From NCBI GenBank assembly GCA_038227875.1, contig JBBRPR010000044.1:1-64000 (forward strand): a DNA stretch of 64,000 nucleotides, in the 5' to 3' direction. Below are positions 28,737 through 38,686 of the stretch, in pieces. The notes beneath the pieces are model-generated. The model was not told where the DNA came from and did not search any database. It was given only the letters and a program-made list of their open reading frames with translations. The stretch is from Planctomycetota bacterium (GTDB lineage Bacteria; Planctomycetota; SZUA-567; H5-PLA8). Made by a program: the position numbers and the translations under genes. The first letter of the stretch is position 1. The number at the start of each line of letters is the position of its first letter.

Positions 28737-29122
28737 TGCAACGCGCGAACGGTTACACCCTGCTTGAAGTCATCATCGCACTGGGGCTGCTGGTCACCGT
28801 GCTGGCCGCGTCATGGTCGCTGCTCCGATCCGGACAACGCAACGAACGGTTCCTGTGGGATGAATTCACCGCCAGCGAACTGGCACTCTCCAATCTCGAA
28901 CGAGCCATTGCCGCCGATGTTCTCGAACTCACGCCAAGTGACGGCCGCGTTATCGATACACTCAATCCGCAATTACCTGAACTGAAGATCACCCTCTTCG
29001 TCACGTCGAGTGCCGAGCGAAAAGATCTTCGCGACATCCGCGTGACCGTCGCATGGACGGACAATTCCACGCACGCCACACGCACGCTCGAACGTGCGGC
29101 GCGAAAGCGGGTGTCGCCATGA
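28736..29122 (+). CDS. Pseudopilin (GspI/PilV-like)
   Basis: Class III signal G|YTLLEVIIALGLL and C-terminal IRVTVAW strand. Confidence 0.85.
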   Translation: MQRANGYTLLEVIIALGLLVTVLAASWSLLRSGQRNERFLWDEFTASELALSNLERAIAADVLELTPSDGRVIDTLNPQLPELKITLFVTSSAERKDLRDIRVTVAWTDNSTHATRTLERAARKRVSP

Positions 29123-29640
29123 TCCGTCGACCCGCGCGAGGCTACGCATTGCTCAATGAATTGATCTTCGCGCTGGTGCTGTTGTTTGTCTTCCTAAGTC
29201 TCGCCTCAATTGAAATGAGGTCGGTTGCGCGCGCGTCGCAGAACAATGCCAGAGGCGCGACGGAGCTCCTCGTCGCCACGCGCTTTGCCGAACGGTTCCG
29301 CGACGACGTGCGGCAAGCGCGTTCAGTGCAGATAGAGCGCGAGGGCAGTTCCGTGCTGCTGACGGAAGCCGACGAGGAAGTCGTATATCGCATCTCAACC
29401 GAAATGCGCCTGGAGCGCGTACAGGTGAAGTCTGGCGACGTTGACAGCGGCCCGTTCGTGCAGACCTCCCAGTATGCGCTCGACGAGACGCAACAGCGCC
29501 GCTTTCTTCACGCGCGTTGGGAATGCCTGGCGGAGATCGATCCCGCGCAAGACCTCTCCGATCCGGCGCGGCCAGCGCCGCGTACGCTGATTCTCGATAC
29601 CGCGCTGCGCGCTGAAGTTGCTGAGGAGCCGAAAAGATGA
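29119..29640 (+). CDS. Pseudopilin (GspJ-like, atypical signal)
   Basis: RG|YALLNELIFALVLL hydrophobic helix, then F.ERFRDDVRQA; ATGA coupling. Confidence 0.7.
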   Translation: MIRRPARGYALLNELIFALVLLFVFLSLASIEMRSVARASQNNARGATELLVATRFAERFRDDVRQARSVQIEREGSSVLLTEADEEVVYRISTEMRLERVQVKSGDVDSGPFVQTSQYALDETQQRRFLHARWECLAEIDPAQDLSDPARPAPRTLILDTALRAEVAEEPKR

Positions 29641-30092
29641 GCAGAAAACACCGCGGTGTGGCGCTCACGTTCGTACTGCTCCTGATCGCCCTGCTGCTGG
29701 CCATCGTCTCTGCTGGCGCACTGCTTCTGCCGCTGCAAACGCGGGCGCTCGATGAACATTACGAATACGAAGCCTGCCGCGCGCTCTCAGACGCTGCGCT
29801 TGAAGAAGCCGCCGCCCACCTCGACGCTGGAGAGTCGCCGGAATTCAGTCGTGAACTTTCCGTCGGAGGCGAAAAAGGATTCGCCAAAACGTTGCAGTTG
29901 GGTAAGTCCGATCGCGAACGCGAACTGATCATCACTACCCGCATGCCTGCCACTCAAGCATCTCGCATCGACAACCTGGCCCGCGAATGGAATCTCACCC
30001 TGCGAACCACGCTGCTTAAAAGCAAGCAGGGCTGGCGAGTGGCAAGCGTCGCGCTGCTCTCCGCAAAAATTGCTGCTGTTTCTCAAAAATAG
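29637..30092 (+). CDS. Short pseudopilin (GspK/PilX-like)
   Basis: RG|VALTFVLLLIALL lacking Glu5, then A.AL.DAALEEA; ATGA coupling. Confidence 0.7.
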   Translation: MSRKHRGVALTFVLLLIALLLAIVSAGALLLPLQTRALDEHYEYEACRALSDAALEEAAAHLDAGESPEFSRELSVGGEKGFAKTLQLGKSDRERELIITTRMPATQASRIDNLAREWNLTLRTTLLKSKQGWRVASVALLSAKIAAVSQK

Positions 30093-30245
30093 TGCGCATG
30101 ATTTCCCCGCCCACGATGCTCTAATAATTTTATTAGACCGAAAAATATTGCTAAACGCACTTCACTGGTTTATAGAGTAGACAGATGGACAGATTGGTCT
30201 TTTGCACGTGAAACCTGTAATTTTGACTCGAGAGACGCCTCTGCA

Positions 30246-30836
30246 ATGGTTCGTTGTGTACCTTACTCTTCACGACGACCGGTCCCAGCGCGCGGGCTCA
30301 CGCTGATCGAAGTGATGATCGCGATGTTCATCTTTCTTGTCGGCATCATGGGCGTGCTTGCCGCGATGCCGACCGGCATTGACAGCGCACTGGCCGTGGT
30401 GGAACAGGATGCGGCGATCCACCTGGTTCATTCGAAGTTCGCCGAATTCCGCCGTGACCGCGTCGATCCGCCGACCGATCTGATTCCCGGCAGCGGCTAC
30501 CTTCCTTCTGGCGGTGGGTACACCGCAGGCGCGCAGGAGCCGTACAATCTGACGTCGGGCGCTCCGTGGCGCGATTTCGCGTCCGATCCCGGCCAGCCCT
30601 ACGAATACTTCGATGACATCAAGCGCTACGAGTGGCGCGTCGAGACCAGTCCCGTCACCGCGGAGACCACCGGCAATCCGGCGCCTGCGGCCGGTTACCT
30701 GGCGCCCAGTGTCTCGGGTGGCGTGGGCACGCCGCTGAATCTCACCCGCATCACCATCGCGGTGCGCGCGCACAAATCGCTGCGCGAATACACCTTTACG
30801 CAATACCTGTGTTCGGCCGATCCGAAAGCGAAATGA
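30246..30836 (+). CDS. Prepilin-type N-terminal methylation protein (PilV/GspI-like)
   Basis: RG|LTLIEVMIAMFIF..GIMGVLA.MP.G. Confidence 0.88.
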   Translation: MVRCVPYSSRRPVPARGLTLIEVMIAMFIFLVGIMGVLAAMPTGIDSALAVVEQDAAIHLVHSKFAEFRRDRVDPPTDLIPGSGYLPSGGGYTAGAQEPYNLTSGAPWRDFASDPGQPYEYFDDIKRYEWRVETSPVTAETTGNPAPAAGYLAPSVSGGVGTPLNLTRITIAVRAHKSLREYTFTQYLCSADPKAK

Positions 30837-31672
30837 AAAACGGGAAAGGACGCGAACACATGGTTCCATTGCCACTGGTCTTTGCGACGCGTCGCCGCTT
30901 CCCCGCTACTGGCTTTTCGCTGGTTGAACTGCTGCTGGTGATGTTCGTCGTCACGCTGCTCTGCGCGATCGCGGTTCCCACGTTCTCCAAATTCGTCAAG
31001 ACGTCCAAAGTCGATCAGGCTTCCAAGATCGTGATCTCCGCGATGTACCACGCGCGCTCCGAAGCGCAGCGCTTCCGCACGGCTGTCGGCGTGTTCTACG
31101 GCGACACCTGCACGACCTTCTCGCCCGCGCCGCTGCCGGGCGTTGTGCCGCCGGACAGCACCATTGAACTCTGGACCGTGCGCACCGTCAGCTACTCCGG
31201 TTACGGCACCGAATGCGAACCCTACGCTCCCGAGCAGCCGGCCAGCGATCCGTATCCCGTCTGGTACCCGTACCGCTTCAAGGACCGCAAGCTCGACCAG
31301 ACCTACACGCTCCCCTCCGGCATCCGCGTGATGGCCGGGGCCTATACGCCGAGCGGAAACAAGGGATTCTTCAATTTCGCCTGCTACCGCAAAGATCCCA
31401 AGGGCGAGATCAAGCGCCACCACACGGTCTATGACGGCCGCGGCTCGATGCCGTCGTATCTCAATTACGCGTACGCTTGGTTTCACGTCGTCGTCTTTGA
31501 TGAGGCTTCCGGCGATCACGTTATCATTGAAGCCGGGCAGTGGCAGTCATCCACGCGACCGCGCATTCTTCCCGGCCGCATCACGGACATCGGCGTTTCG
31601 GGCAACAGCGTTCATCTCGCGAAGCCCGCCGATCTGGCGCACGCGCTGGATGCCTTCCCGGGAAACTCATGA
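30833..31672 (+). CDS. Prepilin-type protein (FimT/GspH-like)
   Basis: G|FSLVELLLVMFVV...AVP.F...ARSEA; ATGA coupling. Confidence 0.88.
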   Translation: MKNGKGREHMVPLPLVFATRRRFPATGFSLVELLLVMFVVTLLCAIAVPTFSKFVKTSKVDQASKIVISAMYHARSEAQRFRTAVGVFYGDTCTTFSPAPLPGVVPPDSTIELWTVRTVSYSGYGTECEPYAPEQPASDPYPVWYPYRFKDRKLDQTYTLPSGIRVMAGAYTPSGNKGFFNFACYRKDPKGEIKRHHTVYDGRGSMPSYLNYAYAWFHVVVFDEASGDHVIIEAGQWQSSTRPRILPGRITDIGVSGNSVHLAKPADLAHALDAFPGNS

Positions 31673-32685
31673 CCATGCCCGCGACCAAATTCCGTGCGGG
31701 CTTTACGCTCGTCGAAATGATGCTGGTGCTCTTCGTCTCGATGCTCTTGATGACGATGGTGATGCCGGTGTTCCGCGTCTCGACCCGCGCCGTCCAGACC
31801 ATCGAACGCAAACTCGCCGTCTACGAAGCGGCGCGCAACATCCTCGACGTGATCGAGATCGAAATTCAGCAGGCGGCGCTGAACGAACGCGGCGAACACT
31901 TCTCGCTCAAGCGCGTCACCTTCACGGACACCGATCCGTTCACGCCGTCCGCCGTCACCCGCTTTTTTGGCTCCAAGCGCGAAGCCGGATCGATTAACTA
32001 CCTCAAGCACCAGCCAGGCGGTTTGAATTACAATTCCTCCACGCCCTACCGCGGCGGCATGCCCTTCGCGCTCTGCTATTCCACCAGCGCCGGCACGATC
32101 AACGAAGGCTACCTCGGCTCGGTCAATTCGACGCTGCTCTACAACGTCACCGATCAGACAGCCAAACTCGCGGACGTCTCGCAGATCGAATGTAAGCCGC
32201 ACGCCAATCCTAAAAACGAGCCGCCGTACTATACGACCGATCCGGTCACGCACGTTTCGACCGGCCATCTCGGCGACGAACCCGATGACTGGTCCGCGCC
32301 CGGACACGAAGTCAACGCGCCCAAGTACATCGAATGCGGCGGCAGCAGTTACTACCAGTTCGACATCACGCCGATCAAGACCATCGACATCGTTTTCGCG
32401 TACTGGGACGCGACGACCAGCACGTGGAACGACGTCCCCGACGGTTCTGCGATCTATTTCGCGCCGCCGCCCAAAGCCGTGCGCGTCACCATTCTCGTCT
32501 GCGATTTCCAGAAGCGCGCCACCGGCATCTTTTCGCGTGTCGTCGCGCTGCCCTGCGGCTGGGGCAACGGCGTCGTCACCGATTCCCGCGACGGTGTACT
32601 CACCGATCCGTCTACGCCGCTCTACAACCGCACCAAGGACTTGAAGAAAATCGATCCCGCCATCTTCGGTACGGCCGGGCCTTGA
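31669..32685 (+). CDS. Prepilin-type protein (PilW/GspJ-like)
   Basis: G|FTLVEMMLVL...AARNILD.I..EI; C-terminal PKAVRVTI strand. Confidence 0.88.
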   Translation: MTMPATKFRAGFTLVEMMLVLFVSMLLMTMVMPVFRVSTRAVQTIERKLAVYEAARNILDVIEIEIQQAALNERGEHFSLKRVTFTDTDPFTPSAVTRFFGSKREAGSINYLKHQPGGLNYNSSTPYRGGMPFALCYSTSAGTINEGYLGSVNSTLLYNVTDQTAKLADVSQIECKPHANPKNEPPYYTTDPVTHVSTGHLGDEPDDWSAPGHEVNAPKYIECGGSSYYQFDITPIKTIDIVFAYWDATTSTWNDVPDGSAIYFAPPPKAVRVTILVCDFQKRATGIFSRVVALPCGWGNGVVTDSRDGVLTDPSTPLYNRTKDLKKIDPAIFGTAGP

Positions 32686-32732
32686 GCGTCAGGAATCGGA
32701 ATTCGTTCTCGAGCAAGCAGGAGTTGCCAGCG

Positions 32733-34916
32733 ATGTCGAAAGTCAAAACATCAAAATCCCGTTCGCCGCGAGCGTTCATTCTGCTCGTCGTGGTCGGATT
32801 GCTGGCCGTGATGCTCGGCATCTGCATCAGTTTCATCTCGCTGACCCGCACCGAAGTCGCTTCCGTCTCCCACATCCGCGACAAGGCCGATCTCGCTGAT
32901 CTGACCGTGACGGCCATCGACTGGACCGCCGCGAACATCCAGCAGGCGCTGATCGATCCAGCGACCAACCTGGTCAAATCCAACGCGGTGATCTCTTCCA
33001 CGCACAACACCGCCGATCCCAATTACTGCTGGTGGTACCGCACCTACGACCAAGGCGTCAGCACGTGGTTTCCAACCTGCAAAGCAAACGACGAAGCCCA
33101 ATGGGTCTGGATGCCCCAGTCGCATTTTCCCGGCGGCGGCGTGCGCGGGCGTTTCGCCGTCCAGGTGCTCGATCCCAACGCCTTCATCAACGTCAACGAT
33201 TGGCTCAACGACTGCAACCCCACGCAGTGCCAGATGGCCAACATGATGATGGACGCTCTCGGCGGCGGCTTCATCGAATACCAGCGCGCCAACCGCGACA
33301 GCCTCTGGACGCAGGCGCAACAGGATAATTATTGGGCGTGGGTCAAACCACCGTGGCGCTACAACGCCTGCTGGCGCGTGGCTTCCAGAACCGTGCGCTA
33401 CGACGGTTGGTCCGCCGATCCGAACCAGATGTCCCCCCACTGGATCACCACCAACACGACGTGGATGAGCCTCCTCGGACCGGAAGCGCGCAGCCTCCGC
33501 GCCTCGGCCAATGCCGACCGACTGTCCCCATGGACGTTCCTGGGGCTGCCGGGCATGAGTGTCTACGCATTCACCGATCCGGACACCGGACGCAGTCCGG
33601 TCAACGTGAATACGTGTTTCAACTCCGGCGACTCGCAGTTGACCAACGTCTGGGGCGGCGCGCTGACCTTTACGCTCAACGGCGTCTTCAACGTCGAATC
33701 GCTCCGGCGCATCATCAAGATCGGCGATTTCTGGAACGGCACCACCTATCGCAATGCACAGAAGGACGCCGCCACACTCACCGCTGCCGAAAAAACACAG
33801 GTCGAACGCCTGCGCGCGAAACTCGCCTTTCAGTATCAGGAATTGCTCTGCCGTTACTTTTCGGCCACCTATGGAGCGGACTACAATTACGCCGCCTATC
33901 CTCTGCGCGGCTACGGTCCCGACACCGGTGCCCATGAAAACACATTCTACAATCCGATCGTGCAGCCCTTCACGGTCGCGAAGAATTATTACAACACCTA
34001 CGCCGGCTCGATTCCCGCTGCCGAAATCAGCAAAGTCAAACATGCGGTGCAAAAGTCCGACAATTCCGCGACGCGCTTTCCCTGCGGCCCGTCGACCTTT
34101 CGACAGTGGGTCAAGGACGACCTGCGCGTCATCGCGACCAATAATAAGAACAGCAAGTACACTGGCACCAACAACGACGGCAAGGAAACCGTCGGCGTCG
34201 ACAAGAACGGTAACTTCGAAATCGCGCCCGGCAAGATGGACGCCCGCACCGCCAGCGCCGTTTTTGATAACATCGTCCCCGGCAAGGCGTATCTGTTCAG
34301 CGCCGCCGAAGAACCCAACGTCGAAGTCCGCGACCCGCTCAGCCAGCTCTACGCGCAGCGAATCGGTCGGGACGAAACGCAGGAGCCGGATCCCACCATG
34401 GACGTGCTCGGCTTCGTCGCCGCCGACACGCGCGGCGGTAAGGACATCTCCGGAGCCACCGTGCCCTACCGGCAGCTCGTCTTCGGACCGGATTGGTTTT
34501 CGACAGAGCTGACCACTGCGTCGACCACGTTTTACCTCGTGATCAACACGCAGTTGATCGACAGCAGCACCGCCGCCTCGGCCAATCCGACCGTGCTGCA
34601 ACAGCACCAGGTTGTCGCGGTCGTCGAAGTCGCGCCGGGATTGGAAGTCACCGATGTCGGCGAAGACGGCACCGCGAAGGGACTGCACTACTACCGCGAC
34701 GGCAAGCCCAACTATTTCAAAACCTCACCGGCCGGAAACATCGACAGCATGGACACCGGCTGCAACACGCTGCCGCCCAACGATCACACGTCCATTCCCA
34801 GCGCCTGGGCCGACTATCATGGCACTGTCAACCCTGCGGCGTTCTATCAGCCCAAGTCCCAGAACAAAGCACGCGTGACCGTGCGCGCGTTCTGGGACCT
34901 CAACGCGATGCAATAA
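32733..34916 (+). CDS. Large PilX/GspK-like minor pilin (~727 aa)
   Basis: AGGAG RBS; RA|FILLVVVGLLAVML lacking Glu5; A.QVLD.NA.INVN and PVNVNT GspK-like motifs. Confidence 0.75.
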   Translation: MSKVKTSKSRSPRAFILLVVVGLLAVMLGICISFISLTRTEVASVSHIRDKADLADLTVTAIDWTAANIQQALIDPATNLVKSNAVISSTHNTADPNYCWWYRTYDQGVSTWFPTCKANDEAQWVWMPQSHFPGGGVRGRFAVQVLDPNAFINVNDWLNDCNPTQCQMANMMMDALGGGFIEYQRANRDSLWTQAQQDNYWAWVKPPWRYNACWRVASRTVRYDGWSADPNQMSPHWITTNTTWMSLLGPEARSLRASANADRLSPWTFLGLPGMSVYAFTDPDTGRSPVNVNTCFNSGDSQLTNVWGGALTFTLNGVFNVESLRRIIKIGDFWNGTTYRNAQKDAATLTAAEKTQVERLRAKLAFQYQELLCRYFSATYGADYNYAAYPLRGYGPDTGAHENTFYNPIVQPFTVAKNYYNTYAGSIPAAEISKVKHAVQKSDNSATRFPCGPSTFRQWVKDDLRVIATNNKNSKYTGTNNDGKETVGVDKNGNFEIAPGKMDARTASAVFDNIVPGKAYLFSAAEEPNVEVRDPLSQLYAQRIGRDETQEPDPTMDVLGFVAADTRGGKDISGATVPYRQLVFGPDWFSTELTTASTTFYLVINTQLIDSSTAASANPTVLQQHQVVAVVEVAPGLEVTDVGEDGTAKGLHYYRDGKPNYFKTSPAGNIDSMDTGCNTLPPNDHTSIPSAWADYHGTVNPAAFYQPKSQNKARVTVRAFWDLNAMQ

Positions 34917-34939
34917 ATTTTCTGAGAGGAAAGGTTCCG

Positions 34940-35818
34940 ATGCTCGGTTCGCCGCACGTGAAAAAAATCGCACCCAAGCCACCCGTGGAACGCGTGCCAG
35001 CGCCACCGCGCATCGCCGCGATTCTTCGCCGGCCAGGCAGCACGCTGATCGACGCCGTCGCTGTACCGGGCGTTCACACCGCCACCGGTAATGCCGACAC
35101 GGGTCCGGCGCCGCGCGCGCGAATCAGTACACCGCTGCTGATCACTGTCGTCAGCGTTCTAATCGCGCTGGGCATCGGCGCGGTGATGTACTTCAAGTCC
35201 TCCGCGCGCCAGGAACTGAACTCTGCCACCGCCGCCACGCAGCGCGAGATCTCCGAACTGCTCGACGCCGGCGCGTATCCCGAGGCGTACCAGAAACTGA
35301 CGCGCATGGAATCCACGCTCAAAGACGGACACGGTGAATGGCGCTCGTCGGTCGCGCAGCAGGCAGTCGGAGCTGAATACGAAAAGCTCAGCCAGTGGAT
35401 GCGCACCACCTACGGTGCCAAAACCCAGCTCGAACGCGACGTCGTCCACGCGCTGCTGACCTTCGATCCCACTGGAGGAACCGGCATCCGCTATACGTCC
35501 GTCCGCGTCATCGACAACGTGCTGACGCTCGGCGCCGTGCGTCCGAACACCGCCGCTGTCGCGCCGTCCACCATCGCCACCGCGCCGGTTCCCAATGCCG
35601 CACTCGAACCTCCGCCCACCGACTCCGAGCACGCCGGCACGCGCAGCTTGACCCAGGCCGCCCTCACGCAGCGCCCCGACGACAACGACAGCCAGCTGAT
35701 CGCCCACGCGCTCTTCCATTCCTTCCCGTCGCTGGAACGCATCGAGATCGCCTGGACTGGCCCTAACGGCGAAGCGCTCCCCGCGTTCTCGCTCGCTCAG
35801 AACGCAACAATGCACTGA
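34940..35818 (+). CDS. Hypothetical single-pass membrane protein
   Basis: GAGGA RBS, Pro-rich N-terminus, one TM helix, helical soluble part. Confidence 0.7.
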   Translation: MLGSPHVKKIAPKPPVERVPAPPRIAAILRRPGSTLIDAVAVPGVHTATGNADTGPAPRARISTPLLITVVSVLIALGIGAVMYFKSSARQELNSATAATQREISELLDAGAYPEAYQKLTRMESTLKDGHGEWRSSVAQQAVGAEYEKLSQWMRTTYGAKTQLERDVVHALLTFDPTGGTGIRYTSVRVIDNVLTLGAVRPNTAAVAPSTIATAPVPNAALEPPPTDSEHAGTRSLTQAALTQRPDDNDSQLIAHALFHSFPSLERIEIAWTGPNGEALPAFSLAQNATMH

Positions 35819-35890
35819 GCAGTACTTACGTCGCTGGACTTAAAGCGCATCGCTTTCAGAATTTTTTGTCGCTGAACGCGCGCGTCTCCA

Positions 35891-35914
35891 CTCAATCCTC
35901 AGTCCTCAGTCCTC
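35891..35914. repeat. Short tandem heptamer repeats (CTCAGTC-like) between convergent genes
   Basis: CTCAATC CTCAGTC CTCAGTC CTC. Confidence 0.6.
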
Positions 35915-35919
35915 GCTTT

Positions 35920-37185
35920 TCAGTCCTTCTTCTCCCCTACTGCCTCCGCCATCAGCGCGTACCAATGCAACGTGGTCAAAATCGCGGACGACGGCATGCC
36001 CTTGTAGGGATAGCCGGGGAGCGTGACGACGGCGTCCCACTTTTCCCAGCTCGATTTCACCGTCGTGACGTGCTCGTCATTCGGACCGTCGTCGGCGACG
36101 ATCACGGCCGCATCGGCGCCGGCTGTCCGCGCTTTGTCGACAGCCTCCTTGGGAAACGCGAGGTAACCGACGAACAGCAGCAGATCGCCGGTGTGTAAAC
36201 CCTGCGGCGCTTCCCAGGTCCACGACGGGCCGAAGACAACCACGCGCGTCAGTTCGGCTGGCACGATCGCACCGCGGGCGTGGACGTGGCCTTCGGTGAT
36301 CGTCCAGACGGCGGCCTTGCGGCGTTGCGCGTCGGCGACGCGCGCGGCGGCTTTGCGCAACTGCTGCGACTGGCCGCTCTCCAGAAACGCGGCGATCTGG
36401 CGGCGACAAACAGTGAGGTACTCGCGGCCGAGCTTGCCGCCGGGGATGGCGTCGATCTTCGGCTCATCCAGCACCGACTTGGCTTTGATCTTCTCATCGA
36501 ATTCGTTGGCGCCCGGAGCGAAAATGCTGCCGAGCACCGAGGGTGTCTTGCCCTTGCGCGAAATTGCGGCGGCGATTTCCGCTTCCAACGCCCACGTCAC
36601 GGCCAGCGTGCTCATCTGTCCAATCGCGACGGCCTCCATCGATCCGCCCACGGGCGCCTGTGTATCAAGAAAGTACAGCCCTGCTTTCCAGCGGTCCTTG
36701 TTGATCATTTCGCCGAGGCGTTCCAACTGCGGCCAATTGTGGCTGCCGATGTGGACGGTCAGGGCTTGCGTCAGGCTGCCGTAACTTCCGACAAAAGGTC
36801 CGGATCTGAAAAAGCGCGCGCCCTTGTCGCCGGCAGAGATCACGCCGATCAACAGCACGTCATTTTTCTCCATGCGCTGGACGCCGTTCCACGTCTTCAC
36901 GCCCGCGAGGCCGCCGGCGCGAAAATCGAGCTCATCGCAGAATGCCGGGTCGCCGGCGATGTAGAGCGTGCCGCCCGCGATCAGCTTGTCGGCGATGGCT
37001 TCAGCAATCGGGACGAGCTCATCGGGTTTGTTGGATTTCAAATACGCATCAATCCACGCGATTCCGGCCGCGTGAATCTTCTCGGAGACGCCGTCGCCGG
37101 ATTTGTCGGGAGGAAGTTCCGCACCGAACGAAAAGGACTGCAACAAAACGACAAGCGCTACGAGCATCAACAGGGTCTGGTTCAC
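35920..37185 (-). CDS. Secreted protein with two degenerate SIS (sugar isomerase)-like domains
   Basis: GTG start with AGGAG, signal peptide, AEAIADKL.AGG.LYIAG...RAGGL and second copy AARVADA..GD.LLFVGY...A..AGA. Confidence 0.6.
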   Translation of the reverse strand: MNQTLLMLVALVVLLQSFSFGAELPPDKSGDGVSEKIHAAGIAWIDAYLKSNKPDELVPIAEAIADKLIAGGTLYIAGDPAFCDELDFRAGGLAGVKTWNGVQRMEKNDVLLIGVISAGDKGARFFRSGPFVGSYGSLTQALTVHIGSHNWPQLERLGEMINKDRWKAGLYFLDTQAPVGGSMEAVAIGQMSTLAVTWALEAEIAAAISRKGKTPSVLGSIFAPGANEFDEKIKAKSVLDEPKIDAIPGGKLGREYLTVCRRQIAAFLESGQSQQLRKAAARVADAQRRKAAVWTITEGHVHARGAIVPAELTRVVVFGPSWTWEAPQGLHTGDLLLFVGYLAFPKEAVDKARTAGADAAVIVADDGPNDEHVTTVKSSWEKWDAVVTLPGYPYKGMPSSAILTTLHWYALMAEAVGEKKD

Positions 37186-37269
37186 GTTGCATCTCCTGGG
37201 ATAAGAATGCGACGGTACCGACTTCCGCTGATTTGCGCAACGGGCGACTGCCTGACCGATTTTGAACGG

Positions 37270-37419
37270 TCAGTGCCGCTTGAAATACTGCACTTCCCGC
37301 TCGTGTTTTTCCGCTGCCGCGCGCGTGTCGAAGGTGCCGAGATTGCGGCGCTTTCCCGTCTTCGCATTGGTTTTACGCGAATAGAGCCGATAACCGCCCG
37401 ACGCCAATTTTCGAATCAT
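37270..37419 (-). CDS. Small basic hypothetical protein (49 aa)
   Basis: GGGAGG RBS; MIRKLASGGYRLYSRK...RRNLGTF.TRAAAEKHEREVQYFKRH resembles a widespread small protein family. Confidence 0.75.
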   Translation of the reverse strand: MIRKLASGGYRLYSRKTNAKTGKRRNLGTFDTRAAAEKHEREVQYFKRH

Positions 37420-37478
37420 GTTGAAGACCTCCCCTGCGTTCGCCCGGAATGCGAATCGCAAAGGTCGGTCCGTTCATC

Positions 37479-37928
37479 TCACTTCGTTTTCGTCATTTCG
37501 AATTTTCCGCGTTCTTCCAGGCTATCGTATTCGCCGCTGAATTTATCGGCCGTCAGCTGCAGTCGAAAGGTGAGCGTGCCGGCCGGCTTGCCCATGTCGA
37601 CGGAGCCATTGGTTGAACCATCGGCTTTCACTTTCAACTTCACGGTCACGGCTTCTTTCATAAAGCCCGGCGCCTTGAAGACTGCAGTGACTTCATTGCC
37701 GGTTCCAGCCGTCAGCGTGCAGGCGAGATCGCCGCCCTGGCCGTTGTACTTCCAGATGTCAACCCACTTGCCGCTCCAGTCGCCCGCCAATTTCGCGGTG
37801 TCCGCGGCGGTGGCGTCGGGCTTTTTGCCGGTTTCGGCTTCCTTATCCGCCTCGGCGTGAACCGCTCCGGAGCAGAGCAGCAGCACGAGGATGAACCAGC
37901 GGGCATAGGTGAGCGACGTTCGGAGCAT
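37479..37928 (-). CDS. Secreted small beta-rich hypothetical protein
   Basis: Signal peptide ending AVHA; G.W.G.W start and G.FEM.K end. Confidence 0.75.
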   Translation of the reverse strand: MLRTSLTYARWFILVLLLCSGAVHAEADKEAETGKKPDATAADTAKLAGDWSGKWVDIWKYNGQGGDLACTLTAGTGNEVTAVFKAPGFMKEAVTVKLKVKADGSTNGSVDMGKPAGTLTFRLQLTADKFSGEYDSLEERGKFEMTKTK

Positions 37929-38137
37929 TGTTGCATTCCTCTTAGAAGGGGCGAATTCAGTCTACTGACGCGGCGGCGACACATAGCGCGACGACAACCT
38001 GATATTCCAATCTTCACACGAACATGACTTGTTTGCACCTCGTTCCTGGGAATAACGGGTGGGGCGAAACAATCATTTACCTGTGGCTCATTCTTTGATG
38101 AGCTTGGGCGACAATGAAATCCAAGGAGGCGCAGAAA

Positions 38138-38686
38138 ATGGGCATCATCGATCCGATGTTGATGGAATTTGATCACGAAATGGGCACCGGGCGCAAGATC
38201 CTCGAGATTGTTCCGGAACAGCATTTCAGTTTCAAGCCGCATCCCAAGTCGATGACGATGGGCCAGCTCGCCGGTCATCTCGCGGAAATTCCCGGCTGGA
38301 CCACGGTCACGCTGACGCAGGACGTGCTGGAAATGGACGGCTCGTACAAACCCGCGCGCCCCGAAACGGTCAAGGAACTGCTGGCGCTGTTTGACAAAAA
38401 TGTCGCCGACGCGAAGACCACGATGAAGGGCATTAAGGATGACCAGTTGATGACGATGTGGTCGATGAAAGTCGGCGGCAAGGTTGTGCTCTCGATGCCG
38501 AAAATCGCGGTGCTCCGCGCGTTCATTTTCAGCCACTTCATCCATCACCGCGCGCAACTGGGCGTATACCTGCGCCTGAAGGACGTGGCGCTGCCGCAGG
38601 TGTACGGACCCACGGCCGACGCGCAAGGTTTTAACCATAATACCCTGGCGACAATTGTCGCTAGGGTCCTGTGTTGGTCATTTTGA
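38138..38686 (+). CDS. DinB/DUF664-family protein
   Basis: AAGGAGG RBS; FKPHPKSMTMGQLA.H, H.IHHRAQLGVYLR, YGPTAD; true stop may lie near 38634. Confidence 0.92.
   Translation: MGIIDPMLMEFDHEMGTGRKILEIVPEQHFSFKPHPKSMTMGQLAGHLAEIPGWTTVTLTQDVLEMDGSYKPARPETVKELLALFDKNVADAKTTMKGIKDDQLMTMWSMKVGGKVVLSMPKIAVLRAFIFSHFIHHRAQLGVYLRLKDVALPQVYGPTADAQGFNHNTLATIVARVLCWSF

Noticed and set aside
32751..34688. 645-aa minus-strand ORF
   Set aside because: Antisense shadow of the PilX-like gene caused by high GC3.
36280..37860. 526-aa plus-strand ORF
   Set aside because: It overlaps three credible minus-strand genes and has no recognisable motif.
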